Origin: Raillietiella orientalis
Taxonomy: Eukaryota
DNA length: 64,000 nt
Assembly: GCA_036172245.1 (NCBI GenBank)
Contig: JAYWIR010000015.1
Location: 868,001 to 932,000, forward strand
Direction of reading: 5' to 3'
Shown one piece after another: positions 12,050-24,750 of the stretch (position 1 is the stretch's first letter; every line of letters begins with the position of its first letter). The position numbers were made by a program, and so were the translations under genes. Under the pieces are notes generated by a model. The model did no database searches and was not told where the DNA came from. It saw nothing but the letters and a program-made list of their open reading frames with translations.

Positions 12050-13450
12050 TAAGATTCACCATTACCGCATCATCCTAACTGAAGCTCAACAGCGACTCAA
12101 TTCATCATGCTGGTGCATCAGACTCACAATTATGCAGATCATCATGGAAAATGAGCGCCGACATAATTCTGCTTTCACGGATGCTACTCTTTGCAGAGAA
12201 GACTGTCTCCCAGGGATGGATGAAGCAGCTTCCCTGAAGAAGGCAATGAAAAACTGATCATATCACTAGATGACCACTGAAGTGAAACATCTGATGAGGA
12301 TTGAAGGATGCGATGGTTCCAATGTGGTAAAGGTAGATTTCTGCAACCTGCTTTTGATGAGCTGCAATTTGTTTGAAAAAACTGGTGCTTCCTGATAGTT
12401 ATACGCCAACTAATGTATTAAATTGATTGGTTTTGCTGAAGATCACAGCAAGATTCTAAGTACTCTTCCCAGCAGTTGCCAAGACGGACTTATGTCACCA
12501 GCTCAGTCTCCAATTGGCTGATTGGAACTCGCCTGTTCTCTTCCAGCTGGACGGAGGATGGCTGGCGACATGCTTTTTCAGGGCTCATAAATTCGCATGT
12601 TATCTGTTACGAGAGCTCATGCTAACGCTCCCTTGCTCCTTGGTCTCAGAGGTCGTGCGATGGATCCTCTCGCTATCTTTCTTGGCTCCCGATATTCTCT
12701 TGAGCATAAATATTCTTAAGAACTCAGACACAAAGCGAAACGGTTGAAGAAGATTTCCTTCAGTTCTAATTCTTTGTTCCGGAATACCAGAGCTCTATTC
12801 TTCCAAAGCAGTGATGGTTCTTGTACTTTTACTCCTCGTACAAATGAGAAAAGACGCAAAATATCGAAGTGGAAGTTTTTACAATCTGAGAATCGTCAGA
12901 AGACCTCTGGATTTGGCAGGATTTTGGGTATCTGAGTCGTAGGAATTGAGTAAAACGTGCATTCAATTCAAGGTTTGAGCTCTTTCAGCTTTTGCATTAT
13001 CAGGTGAAGGCAGCCGCAGTAGTTGTCGGACCACTCCCAGATGCTTTGACTTTTCCATCACCTACGTATTCGTTGAAACTGACATTAAATGATGTTCTGT
13101 GTAGCAACAGGATGCCATGAGTTCATGAGACATGGTAACAATATGAGTGTCAAGAAAAGAGCAGAGTGAATGAAAGCTGTTGATCAAACTTGCAAAGGTG
13201 AAAGAACACCAGCGTCGTGGCTTGATTTATATCCTTGCTGACGTGCATACAATGCATCCTGACCCGAAATCCTTCTCCTTGTGATGTGCAGACTATCATG
13301 AAGCTGACCCTTTTGCGATGATCCATCCTCTGCTTACAGCACTCGACCAGATGCAGATCTCTTAGCCACTTCCGCGCTCACAAAGTTTTCGCTTTCTAGC
13401 TTAGACGCATGACCCCTCTGGACCAAATAATGAAGAGGGAGCTTGAAGTG
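12050..13450 (-). mobile_element. Decayed LINE RT (I/Jockey-like) interrupted by the 275-bp inverted copy
   Basis: Minus strand AEDGSSQKG at ~13310-13335 (cf. ENGVPQG) and ALYA at ~13245-13255 (cf. LYADD), with downstream RT-like remnants. Weak. Confidence 0.35.
12970..13244 (-). repeat. Exact inverted copy of 7749-8023
   Basis: Reverse-complement identity over 275 bp. Flanked by a 14/16 direct repeat: acgtgcattcaattca (12955-12970) and acgtgcatacaatgca (13241-13256). Confidence 0.95.
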
Positions 13451-16400
13451 CATGTTTGATGACTGCTTACGTGGATTACATGGGTTCTTTTGCACTTATG
13501 TGATCAGTTATTTAATCATAGGATTCTCTTTCTCGAGCGAATGTGATTCACTATTTCGCATTTTTAACGACACTTATAAGTGGAATTTTTTTCCTGAGAA
13601 ATTCCTTCCAACAGCATTTTTAAAATCCAAAATATGTAATCAGGACTCAGGTAAGGAGAATCGACCACATCCTGCTTTTCGTTACATTTGCAAATCTCAT
13701 CCCTCAAGGGCCTTTTGCGACTTGCACCTCTGTTATGTGATGCATTTTATCAAAATCTGTTCTTATCGATAAACAGTGCAAACACTGAAACATTAACAAG
13801 ATGGCAGAATAATTAGTAATGTGAATGTGAAATCGTTAGCAGCAGCACAGTGGTAATTGCAATTTTCACTCCGCTTTAGTAAGCCTGTTGCAAGGATGCT
13901 CGATCTTTCTAGACCATATGTCTGCTCCTCCGGGAATGCCGGAGAAAACCTCTTCAAAGTCTGTGTGTTTTGTCAGTTACTTGTCAGAAGTGCCTCCAGG
14001 AGCAATCCCTGCTCTCCTTACGAACCAACTAATTATTACATGTTGCTTTTCTAAGAAACTACTCTCGAACTTTTTGGGTAGGCAACCAAAAATCCTAAAT
14101 GCTGTACTAACATGAGGGACTCTTCACAAGCTGACACTGAGTTATGGAATTCAGCCTAAAATCTTAATCCAAACTTATATGAAGTTATGAATAATTGTGA
14201 CTGTGTTTGCTAAACATTCTAGTGTTGCCAGAGACACCCATCTATCCGAACGGTAATCCGTTCGAAATACGCTTACGCGAATGCTGCTTTCAGGAGTGCC
14301 AGTACCGGTTACGAAAGATTTCTGTTCTGGCCTTCATGTACTTTCAGTATTTGGAGTGTTTTAGAGATTTATTTTGCAAATACAGAGATCCACTTCGCCT
14401 GGAAAACCTGTCCTGAAATGATTTGTACCTTACATTTCCATTTCGTTTCTCTTTGGCATATTTACTTCTGCTAACTAACAGAATACTTCGCAAGATTTGA
14501 GCATCATTGTGTACGGATTAGTACAGATTCTAGATGCAAATGCAGTTTTTCAAATCACGGATCGGTGTTATCGCGTTGATTATGTGTATTTCATCCGTAT
14601 GAAGGGGAAGAAGCACTAAATGCCACACTGTAGTTCTTAGGTATAGACATGGAAAAGAACATTTCATGTCGACTACGTGTTTTCTGACTACTAAGAGCTC
14701 AGGAAACGCCAAATACCAGTGTACAGAAGCACCAGTGTGCAGATGTTTGTGAAAATATGCATGTACGGTTCAATAACTGTCTGTTCCAAGTTTCCATCAT
14801 ATCACACTCCGCTGTCTGTGTTTTACATTTCCCGATCCTGTATCTTTCCTATTCTGCTAATTTAGGTCGCATGGCTTTTTTGGAAGAGTTCGTGCTCGCG
14901 GATGGGGACCTCTCTCTGATGATGGACCATTGAAGTCTTCAGTATTCCCTGCATTGATGATGTATGATACCGTCGCAGCTTTATCGAATTTCTTTTAAAT
15001 TTCAATTATGCTCTATGAGTCATTCGTTGACGAACGTAAAATGTGCTTCAAGTAAGGAAAGTACCGTGGGCAGCAGAAGAAGTGTTTTTTTGGTGTTTTT
15101 TGTGTTTTTTGGTCGTCCACGAGACCTCCAAAATACGCTCCAGATCACGGCATCGTCAGCTTAGCAAAAAATTCTTGCTAATTTTCCAATGCCATAGGGG
15201 GCTTGATGTCCCAGGTAGACATCGAAACAAGAGGAATGCTGGGATGAGAAATACCTGAATCAATCAGGACGTGTAGCACACTGGGTCAGTTCCAAAATGG
15301 ATTTGGATGGACGGAAGACTCTAGGAAAGTTCGTGTTCTCACGGAAATTCTCACGGATTTTCCTTTTCCCATTGTGCCTGAATTCTTGCGTAATTTTCGC
15401 CAAGATGAGCATCCCACGAATAGCCCACGAGTCCAAATATATCCTCCAGCTGAATGAATCCATTGAGAATTCGTGAACTCTCAGAAGAGAAATGGGGCCA
15501 TAATCATGGCTTTATCAGATGAGCAAATTGATTGTTTTAGCTTTCTCTTTCAATTTTCCTGCAAAGTTAATGATAGTATGAAGAGCAGAGAAAAATCAAG
15601 ATTGCAAAATTTGGCATCTGCGAAAAAAATGACAAACAATACCGGAAAAGCTCTCAGCTCCCTCTGAACGCTGGGCTGAAGCTGGCCTCTTCCTTTCCAA
15701 AGCACTCGGATCATCAGTAAGAAGGCTGTCGATTCATGAGATGAAATGGAAGAAGAAGACGACAGCGAGAGGCCCTTCAATGCTGGCAAACTGGCAAATC
15801 GATGTCTTCCTGTTTCTCGCCTTCCTGAGAATGAAAGCAGCCGAGCAGGCTGGCTGCGCTGCGCTCAGAAACGCGGAGGACGCCAACTCTCGTTAAGCTT
15901 GCTGATTTCAGAGACCCAGGAGCGTTGCTAGGTTGCAATTCCGTGTGAGTGATGAAGAAAGCTGAGCAAAACGGCGGAACAAAGCAAAAGAGGGGAGCCG
16001 AAGTTCGATTTCGAAACATCTGGAAACGTCCTCATCAGACGAACAGTCCGGAGAGATGACCGAAATGCATGGATTCAGAAGTGGCAAGAGAATTGAATGA
16101 CGTGCAGGAAAAAAAAGGCGGAGCAACAGTAAACATTGCTGGGCGGTCGTCGAGTGCACAAAAAAGATAGCAGACGGTCCGCAGTGTCGTGACGTGCATC
16201 CGTTCTCCTCAGCAACGGTTTCAAAAGAGCGCCAATTGCTTAAACCCTACTCCCGGCACCTGAAATAAGGATGAGTTCTTTGAACCTACAGTCACGATGA
16301 GTGTTGGACTCACCGGGACAAGAGTGGTTCCAACTATGGGAAGGAACTCTTTATTTGCAGAGAAAGACCGTGTTAGAGGTGAACACAGAATGGAAACAAA

Positions 16401-16609
16401 GATCAGATGATGAGTGGACGTAGCACATGCATTTACTTTTTCTTTTTTTCTTTTTAAAAAAAATGTCCAGCAGCGACCTCACAGGGAAATCGTTACTAGT
16501 AACTCAGGTGCTTATCACCCGGTTACGCATGGGTATTTATTATTTAAGGTAATAAAAGTACATTGGTGTTGTAGAACCAAGGGTTCTACAACGTGCAACG
16601 AACCTTCCG

Positions 16610-17870
16610 AAGAGCGGTACGCGGACCGTCGAGGTCCGCTTCGGCAGCCTGAGGGAAGGGAAAACAAAAACAAACAAACAAAACAGGGGAGGCAAAGTTT
16701 TGCACAGGGAGGGAGGAGGGAAACCAAGGAAGGAATCACAGTACGCTTCCAGACATCCTCTGCGTCCTGTTCAGAATGTTGGCAAGTTCCGTCCGTGTCT
16801 CACCCAAATAGGACCATCTCGAGGCAGTTTTCAGGAAAATGCGCGCCCAGTGGATGGAGTCCCTGCCTTTTCTTCTGGTGTTCCAGGCCTCCTTGATCCC
16901 TCAAAGACAACAGGGAACTGCGAGGCACGCGGCTGGCGGCAGTGCGGCACTCACAAAGAGGCGTCTGAAAATGTCCCTGGGGTCGCCCGCCGGGGAAGCT
17001 AGAATCGTTGCGAAGCGATTCCACAGGGGTCGAAGGGCAGCACAGTTCAACAGCAGGGTTGGCAGGATCTCCTTATTCTTCTCCCCGCACCTGTTGCACT
17101 GAGCGTTCATCCTTCCTCATGTCCAGAGGTCAAGGCGCACTTTGCACGGGATTCCCCAATGCAACACCAGCAACACCGACTCCTGCTACTTGAGGGGAGG
17201 GTGCTGCTGTTCCAGCAAGCTGGAGCCATTTCACCTCTTCCGGAGGGATTGTGAGCAGCTCTTCCCAGCATAGAAGCCCTTCAGGTGGGGCACTCGAGGT
17301 CGCAGAGTCCGTCACTTCTCGGATTGTCCAGGCCCCACAGAATTTTCTTCGCTGCTATGCAGCAAGTCACTTCCGGCCTTGCCGGATCACGCTGTCCCTT
17401 GAGTCCCTTAGGGAGGGCAGCACTGGGGCAAGGGGGGTAGACCAAACAGTCCGTCCGCAGCCACATCTTCTGCGAGTTGCGGACTATTTCCTCCAACGAC
17501 TTGCGAGTGTTGATACCTCGCTGCAGGCAGTCATACCCAGCCTCGCTCGCTCCGTGATCTTCCCCCAAGCAAAGACCGACTCCTGAAGCCAGGCAGTGCA
17601 GTTCGTGGGGAGGCAGGAGATCCAGGTGTTCACCTCCTCCAGAGCAACCAACTCTGGAGGAGTTGTCATCCGCAACACCTCAGGAATCTCTCGCGAGAGA
17701 CGAGGAGGAATGCTAGTCCCTCGCAACCGGTCGCGCTCTTCGCGAGGAGCCGTTCTGGAGCGCACCAGGGCGTGGTCCATATAGTCTCGCTGTGAGGAGT
17801 CTTCTGAATTGAAGCTGACTTTCCATCCTCTCCAGAGTAGGGAGGTCCTTACGCGGAGCACACAAGTCTT
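16610..17870 (-). mobile_element. 3' portion of the same LINE family, copy B
   Basis: QCNRCGEKNKEILPTLLLNCAALRPLW knuckle remnant. T-rich tract (tttgtttgtttgtttttg) followed by a GC-rich end (ccgcgtacc), as in copy A. Confidence 0.6.
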
Positions 17871-17939
17871 TTAAACGAACTCGGGACCTCCCTGTGCCCC
17901 AGAGGGCTTTCCTCAGGGGGTCCTAGGAGGAATAGCATG

Positions 17940-18620
17940 ATGAAAATCCTCTGGGATTCTTCTGTTTCACTGCTCTCATGAGCGGCTGTGTGGCTACGGC
18001 CTTACATTTACTTTGGAGATCTCTAGGGGAACCCGGATTTGGAGAGCCCTGAGATCTTCAAATCTCCTGTGGGAATAATGCAGGAGGTGTGGAGACATGC
18101 GACTTGCGGATTGCAAGTTGATGTACACTTCGAAAACTCCCGAAGAAGACAGGTGCAAACCCAAATGGCTCCCCTCCCCCTCTGCTCTTCTGCCTTGTCC
18201 TTTGTATTTCAACATCACTCAGCATTCTCCTGTATCTTTTGCTACGGTAGCCTGACTCTGATGCAGATCTCGGAGTTTCTCGACGTCGAAGAAAACATGA
18301 ATGCCACTTACCTTAGGAGCAGGCCGGTTGCAACCAAGGACGGAAGGAGAAGTCAGTCGACTTTATTTCGAGAGGATGACTATCAGTACATTAACTGACT
18401 TCAGTCTTTGCTTGTCTACTTGTAGCAAATTAATTTTGGTCCTGGAAGATTCCCTGCAGCTCGGCGCGTTGCTCATGGAAGCCTTGAAACAAGCGGTCGC
18501 GAGCTTTCAGTCTGGAAGCAGAAGCGGCATTTCCGTTTTCCAGTGCAGACATCCAAGTGCTGCGGCAGGCACGTGGATTCTTCACCAGGATATAAGGAGC
18601 GTATCGAAAAAGAAAAAAAA
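17940..18620 (-). mobile_element. Decayed LINE RT fragment (I/Jockey-like)
   Basis: Minus strand GIHVFFDVEKLRD at ~18267-18305 (cf. AVFFDLEKAYD), with weak flanking RT-like remnants. Confidence 0.45.
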
Positions 18621-20399
18621 AGGCGGCGATGAAAAAACAAAAAGCGGCGTGTGGCTGCTGCTACCAGTCACCATGGCGACTGACTCCCCATGTTCCAAAA
18701 ATTTGATCAAGATCGTTTGCGAACGGATTTCTTTTTTGTCGCAATATTGCAATTCTTAGGAAGGAACGAGTTGCCAAGCGAAGAAGTGAGCAGGGTGATG
18801 GAAAGCTTTTGCTTCTCTCCATCATCAGTCCGATTCCGCGTCCGAAATCGAACTTCACGGGACCACAGAACTAGAGTTGCTGGTCGAAGAATGAGCATGA
18901 GGGATCCTACGAACGGGAGATCCAGCAGTCGATGGAAGGGACCTCTTCGTCGGTGCAATTTTTGGAGTGTTCTGTTAAGGAAACGGGATGCTTAGTCTGA
19001 ACAAGGAGACAAGGACCAAGGAGGGAGAAAACCATGAAAGGACGGCCACACTGCGAGAGAAAACCCTCCTTGCATTCGAGACACATTTGGAAAGCTGCGT
19101 GACAACCGTGAAGATTCCCAAAGGCGTTCGTTTTCTTGAAAGCACGCGCACGCGCACACACAAAAAAGAAAAGTGCGAAATTTTTCCGTTCCTCAAGCAG
19201 CATGCTGGATGATGAGCTAAGGAAGAGAGCACATTCTGGAAAGCTTGGCCAAGGAGCTAGTGTGGGAAGCCCGGCATCCGCAGACCCATTTATCCCTTCA
19301 GGCAAAATGGACTCGCAGAAGAAGACTCACTCTTCTCATGTCCTGACAACAGTCTCCTCGCAAAAACGTCATTGTTGCCATGGGATATTCTTTGCTCACC
19401 CGGTTCTTTACTTGCCGATGAGGGCCTCTAGGGAAACTGGGATCTGCAGAAGCAAACGCTTACACAAATTCCCGGTCTCTCCGTTGTGCATTCTCCGCCT
19501 CGAATTTTCTTGACATCCTGATGTCGTGTGTTTTTTTTTATATTTTTCGAAACACACACTTCCTCTCGATGATTGCGTTTCCAAATTTCCCAATGGATAT
19601 TCACATTCGGTCGGAGCGTGCAAGGAGTCGGTAAGTGAACGCTTCCTCTGAGAACGGAGGGGTCTTCTCCCACTGGGTTCAGATTTCGGGCTGCGAGCCC
19701 AACGGATCCGCTTCGGATGCTGGAAAATCGCCGTCGGGACATCGGGAACCCACTTAGCGCATCTCGCGAGACGGAATTCGGAAAACACGCATTCGTGATG
19801 CTTCTTTTCCCTTCCTGCTTGTCATTCACATTCTGGGTGCTGAGATCGCATCGACGAATCTAATATGGAGGGACACAGATGTGTCGGTGACCTGCGTTGA
19901 GAGGAGGTTTCTGGGGAAGTCGGAGGGCGGGGAGCAAAGTGAGGAAAGCTGTCAGCCTCAAAAAGCACGATTTATTATCGCAAGGGAGAATGAAAAATAA
20001 ATAATTTTTGGACTTTCCCCATCGAGAAGTGTAACCTTTGGAGCTCTGCAGGCTGTCACGCAAAGTAGAGGCAAAGAATCCACATCAAGGAGCCTAAGAA
20101 TTTGCGGAAGCGTTTATTTCTGTAGATCACAGTTTTCCTGCAGAGTCGCTCATCGGCAAGTGTCAAATTATTCTACTGGCTTGGCCAACTCACCAAACGT
20201 CGTTGGTCCTGGCTTATATGCCCTCTCAGAACCGGAGAATTGATCCAGAAAACGAAATCCTCGATTAAAAGAACTCGAATGATTCATTCACGTGGAAACC
20301 ACGCGGCGGTCGCCAAAGGGTGTCATCCCGACATCCACCCTCCAGAATGGATGCAGGGTTGCATGGGTTTCTCTGTGCGCATTGCTGTCACGTCACCGC

Positions 20400-22300
20400 T
20401 CGTGTGACTGCGAAATCTGCATCCAAAGTGTTTATCACCACCATCAATTGGATGGACGACGTGTGTGGTGGGATCGAGAGGCATTTCCACTGGATTTGGT
20501 CGCTGCGACTTCGGTGAGCCGAAAGACGCACAATGATACTGATTGGCATTTCGGTTCTCCGTACAAATTTGCCTTTTTTTGTGTATAAGGTTAGGAAAGG
20601 CCGTTGATTCACATGCTCACAGGTTGGTGTGTGAAGCTGCTGTGATATAGTTGCTGGCACAAGGGCCTCCGTACGCACACATTTAGAGAATGCCGTAGCT
20701 TATATGCTCAAAAGAAATGATGGATCAGGAGATAAGTGGTATCAGGCTACCTGCTTTTTGAAACTTCATTGCAGGAAGAAAAACCAAGAAGAATGGGCTG
20801 TGTATCAAATGTATACAGGAATGAGCATTGCATGTAGAGTCGTGCACTGAATGTGTTCCCTGTTTAGCGGAACACGACGTCATGTGATGTAGAATATCAT
20901 CAGTTCTCTAAGGAGCACTGTCCCATCATGAAAGAGAACCATTATGCTCTACACGCAAAGAAGACAAAGGTTTTTTTTTTCTTTCACTGCGGCTTCTGTT
21001 TCCCAAAACTCTCTAATGCACGCATGAGTGCGTTCCTTTTTTCTGCTATGCACCGAATACTGCAGCTCCTGATCGGTGGCAAGAAGCAAGAGGCTGAAGA
21101 TTTCCCAGGAAAAGAGATGTTTTTCCAGAGAGCACTGATCGAGATTGGCTATCTTTTTGACGGCAAGCCATGATTGCAGTATCCATCATGCTATAAACGG
21201 CATCAAGGATAATTAGTGAGGAATACAAGTATCAGTCCTTGCGGAACGACTTGTAGGTTAACACAAGGAATGGAAACAAACGAGAGAGAAAAAAGCGAAA
21301 CCAAGCCAATTATGTCCATGTTCGTCTGGATCAGAACATTGCCCGAAAAAATGCTGATCCTGTGTGATGTTTATCTTTTGAGTTCCCGGATGCATTGCTA
21401 GACCTGCCGAAACCAGCGTTCTTGCTCAGATGCTTTTTGCCTCACCATTCTTCGAGATCGGTTACTAACACCGTTTATCTCATGACGCCTCTGGAAGCTC
21501 CCTGACGCCCATGGAAAGCTGATTTGCGCAGGTGTGTGTATAATCATTGTCTTGGCTTTAGCAGGGATCGGCTCTTCTCGAAAAGCGGTCAGACGAGAAC
21601 ATATTTTTCTGCCACGATGCTGACGCTTGATGTAACACGTTCCGTGTCGGAGTCTCACGATGCAACTCTGCAGCATCCGAATGCATGCAAGGAAATTTCG
21701 GCCTGCCACAGCAGCAACGTCTCTTGTAACAGAGATTACCTGTTTGCTTGTTCAGCAGCTAATGAATGACAAGCTGTATTAATGAAGACAGTTCAATGTC
21801 AGCTTCGACTTTCATTCTTTCCGATGTCATTTGACATTTTCGCGATGACGGTAATTTTGCTGTCAGGGTTGCTTGAACGGATTGAGATTTACAGTCTATT
21901 AACTGTGGACTGGAGGGAAGAGCAGCTCGTTTTCAGAGGCTTATCTCGAGCACGGGATGGAAACTGCACAACCGGCTGGAAGAACCCCCCTGACACTGAT
22001 GCTGCTGTGTTGACAAATTTCGAGGATAGGAAGGGCATGGATGCACTGCTGAATCACGCACGGGAGATGGCTTTCTCGGAAGTCCCAGAACGCAGCGAGA
22101 AAGCCACGTCGCATCATCCCCGTTTCAGCCAATGATCAACATGATTTGTTAATTATTGGCTGAAGCCGGGATCATTAGGTAATTGAAAATGAGCTGATGA
22201 AAGAGCGTCCAAGGCGAAAAAGTTCAAGGAACTTCAGGTACGAGCCATGCTTCTTCAAATCCTGAGAAGTCTCAGTCTGGGAATTTCACGGAAAAAACAG
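20400..22300 (+). mobile_element. Possible decayed hAT-like transposase remnant
   Basis: FITTINWMDD (cf. FxxxTxHWID), RKTH (cf. GSHT), LTLDVTR (cf. LxxDVxTRWNS) and LLTVDW occur in a plausible order. Weak. Confidence 0.3.
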
Positions 22301-24240
22301 CAGCGAGTAAGATCCCGGCACGCCCGGTCCTCCAATTCTTATGAAGCTAAAGATCATTTTATGTGTGAATGCTGCAAATTCATGAATATGTATGACACGA
22401 CGTTGTCTTTGTTAAGGTCAAAAGAGTTACTTCTTCCAAAGAAAGTGAACATGGCGCAGTTACAAATTCTTTGGAAATCAAAAGTCGCGCCTCCGTCAGA
22501 AGGATGTTCAGGTTTACCTTCAGTCGGCTCCAGAAATCTGCCTGTCTCTCCTGCTGCTGCCTCCGGAGCATCGCAGCTCTACTCGAACGATGCGACCTTT
22601 GCACAAACCGTCGACTCCTTGGAAATTTGTCGCGATTAACGTCGTTTGCGATCTTCTGTTCTCCTGATTCGTTGATTCCCACAAAGCATCCATGCGACCG
22701 GCGATCCCGCCAAATAAAACCCAACCCACGAACCAGACCGTGAGTCAGAATTATTGAGAGGGCGAAAGAGGATCGCAGGACTCAGGTGCGATTGCCTTCC
22801 TCCCTTTTTCCGGTTCGTAGAGGCAAAAAAGCCAGAATCTCCTCGTTTTGCTCCCGGCTCCTTGATCTCCTGCGAAGCTGAAGTTTTGCGTCCTTCGCAC
22901 AGATGGGATGAAAGTATGAGAACACAGTAACGAACCGTCCTGCAGCACAGGTTTGCCATTTGCAAGAATCTTCGCGTCAGTCATTCCATTCCAGCAGTTT
23001 AGGGCTCATCCTTGAAGTTCTAGACAAAAAAGGAAGGATACCTAATTCAGACGGAATAATCATATGGATAAAAGGCAAGATACAAGCCTCTAGCAGGCAT
23101 CAGCACAGTTTCTCAGGACTGATGTCAGTCATCGCATCGAAGTTTACGTTTGACTTCCAAACGTGAAATTCGATCTGATGGCTGAAACAACAAAACTAAG
23201 TTTGCGGTCAGATTAATGGACTATGTCAGTGTTATGTACAAGACAGAGGCGTACACACCCAATTATCATAAGCAATCGTTCCGTAGCTGTAAAGAAAAAG
23301 CAGCACCTGTCTTAAAAAAAAAGTTTCAACGTTAAAAATAAGAAGAAAAAAAAATTAGCAAATGAAGAAAAAGGAAGGAGATTTGTTAACACATCTGGTT
23401 CCATTTCGTATCCCCCGAATTCGCACCCCCTATCATTCCGGATCCAAGCATTTCGTATCCCCTGAATCTCCGACTCCTAGATGGTTTCGTTGCATACCGG
23501 AATTTCAAGAAAGATGTGTTATTCTAAGGATTTAGAATTTCAGGGACCTTGTCAATCAAGTCCCGACGAAGCTTCTGAGGGGAAGGTCCCAAAATGAAAC
23601 TAAGATGAAATGGCACGCCTCTGCTGTACTTGCAACGCTAGATCATATCAAAAGAGGCTGTTTGTTGATCAGCATGGTAAACTGGGAAAGACCTCAGACA
23701 ACAGCGGAAGTAGCAGAGTGAGGAGGTGTTTGCGCCTTTGCTTTCACGCAGGAATTAAAAACCTACCGAGCGAGAACTGAGCATCGAGCATTATTTAGCA
23801 GCATCCGCGGTCCACATGCAAGAGAACTTTCCCAACGCTCTCCTTCTTCCTTTTTGAAGTACTCTCCGTGAAGATTTCCGGAAAAGATCGAAGAAAGCAC
23901 CATTCTCGAGTAAGCCTCAACAACCCAAACGTTTCAATTTCAATGGATGCACGACGGGCAACTTGTGGAACAAGAACCATGAACGAAAGCCTGCAGCTAC
24001 CTCATGCAGCACTGCAAACAGCATGGCAGCTTCCGTTTTTGTTTTTGCTCCCTGTTATCCAGTAGTCAGAAGAGCGGAATCTCTTTGACGTTCAATCCAA
24101 CAACAGCAGCAAAGCCGATTGGAAAAACCGGGCAACAGCTATGGAAAGAAAAATTCCGTCGAAGACAAAAAAAAGCAATGTCCTCTATTTTTGCAGAATG
24201 AATCTTCAGAATGTACGCCAGTGTAAAATCATTAGATATG

Positions 24241-24750
24241 TACAGGTTCCACCATTGAGGCCCTATCCACTTTAGTCAGGCATGTGCAGCAAGCCTCCCA
24301 AGCACCTGCGTGTAATACCACGTGAAGTGCCACCCTTGCGGCAGACTCGGTTTCACCATCATCAGTAACAAAGAAAAGAGTATTTCAGCAGCATTTCAGT
24401 CTCGGAAACAAAAAAGGAAAAACGAGGCTGCGTCGTGTGAGATGAAGTCGGTAGAAAAGTGAAGACAACGTGGCAGCATCCAATTCCGTTTTCAGCAGGC
24501 AGCACAGTGCCGGGGTCCAAGCCTTCGGCTCCATCCGGAGGAGGAACACTGCGAAACACCATAAGCTCTGATCCATAAGCAGTGCTCATACCGCGGAAAG
24601 CACAATAGATGGAGAAGCGTCGAAAGAGTGTGTGTTGTCTGAGGTTTCATCTTCTAGCCACATTCCGAACTTCTCGGTGAGGTTTTATCTTCTGGCCACG
24701 TTTCGAACTCCTCGCTGGAGCACAGCTTTTGCACGGAGGCATTTGAAGCT
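24241..24750 (+). repeat. 510-bp direct duplication, copy 1 (contains an internal 38-bp tandem repeat at 24640-24715)
   Basis: Matches 28366-28875 at offset 4125. Only 4 mismatches seen (24248, 24713, 24718, 24735). The ORF track gives identical translations at both copies. Confidence 0.95.

Noticed and set aside
7749..13244. A 5.5-kb TIR transposon or Pack-MULE bounded by the 275-bp inverted repeats
   Set aside because: No TSD at the outer ends, the right copy has its own flanking direct repeat, and the repeat resembles internal transposase sequence.
15998..16070. Hammerhead-like core on the minus strand (GUC...CUGAUGA...GAAA)
   Set aside because: A 6-bp stem III can be drawn, but stem I does not form and stem II needs a bulge and several G-U pairs. 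An Infernal search would be needed to revive it.
23400..23470. Two copies of catttcgtatcccc.gaat as a CRISPR-like repeat
   Set aside because: Only two units, eukaryotic context, no cas genes; a simple local duplication.
24362..24589. Duplicated 75-aa ORF (also 28487-28714) as a small gene pair
   Set aside because: Identity simply reflects the DNA duplication; no domain, splice or promoter support.
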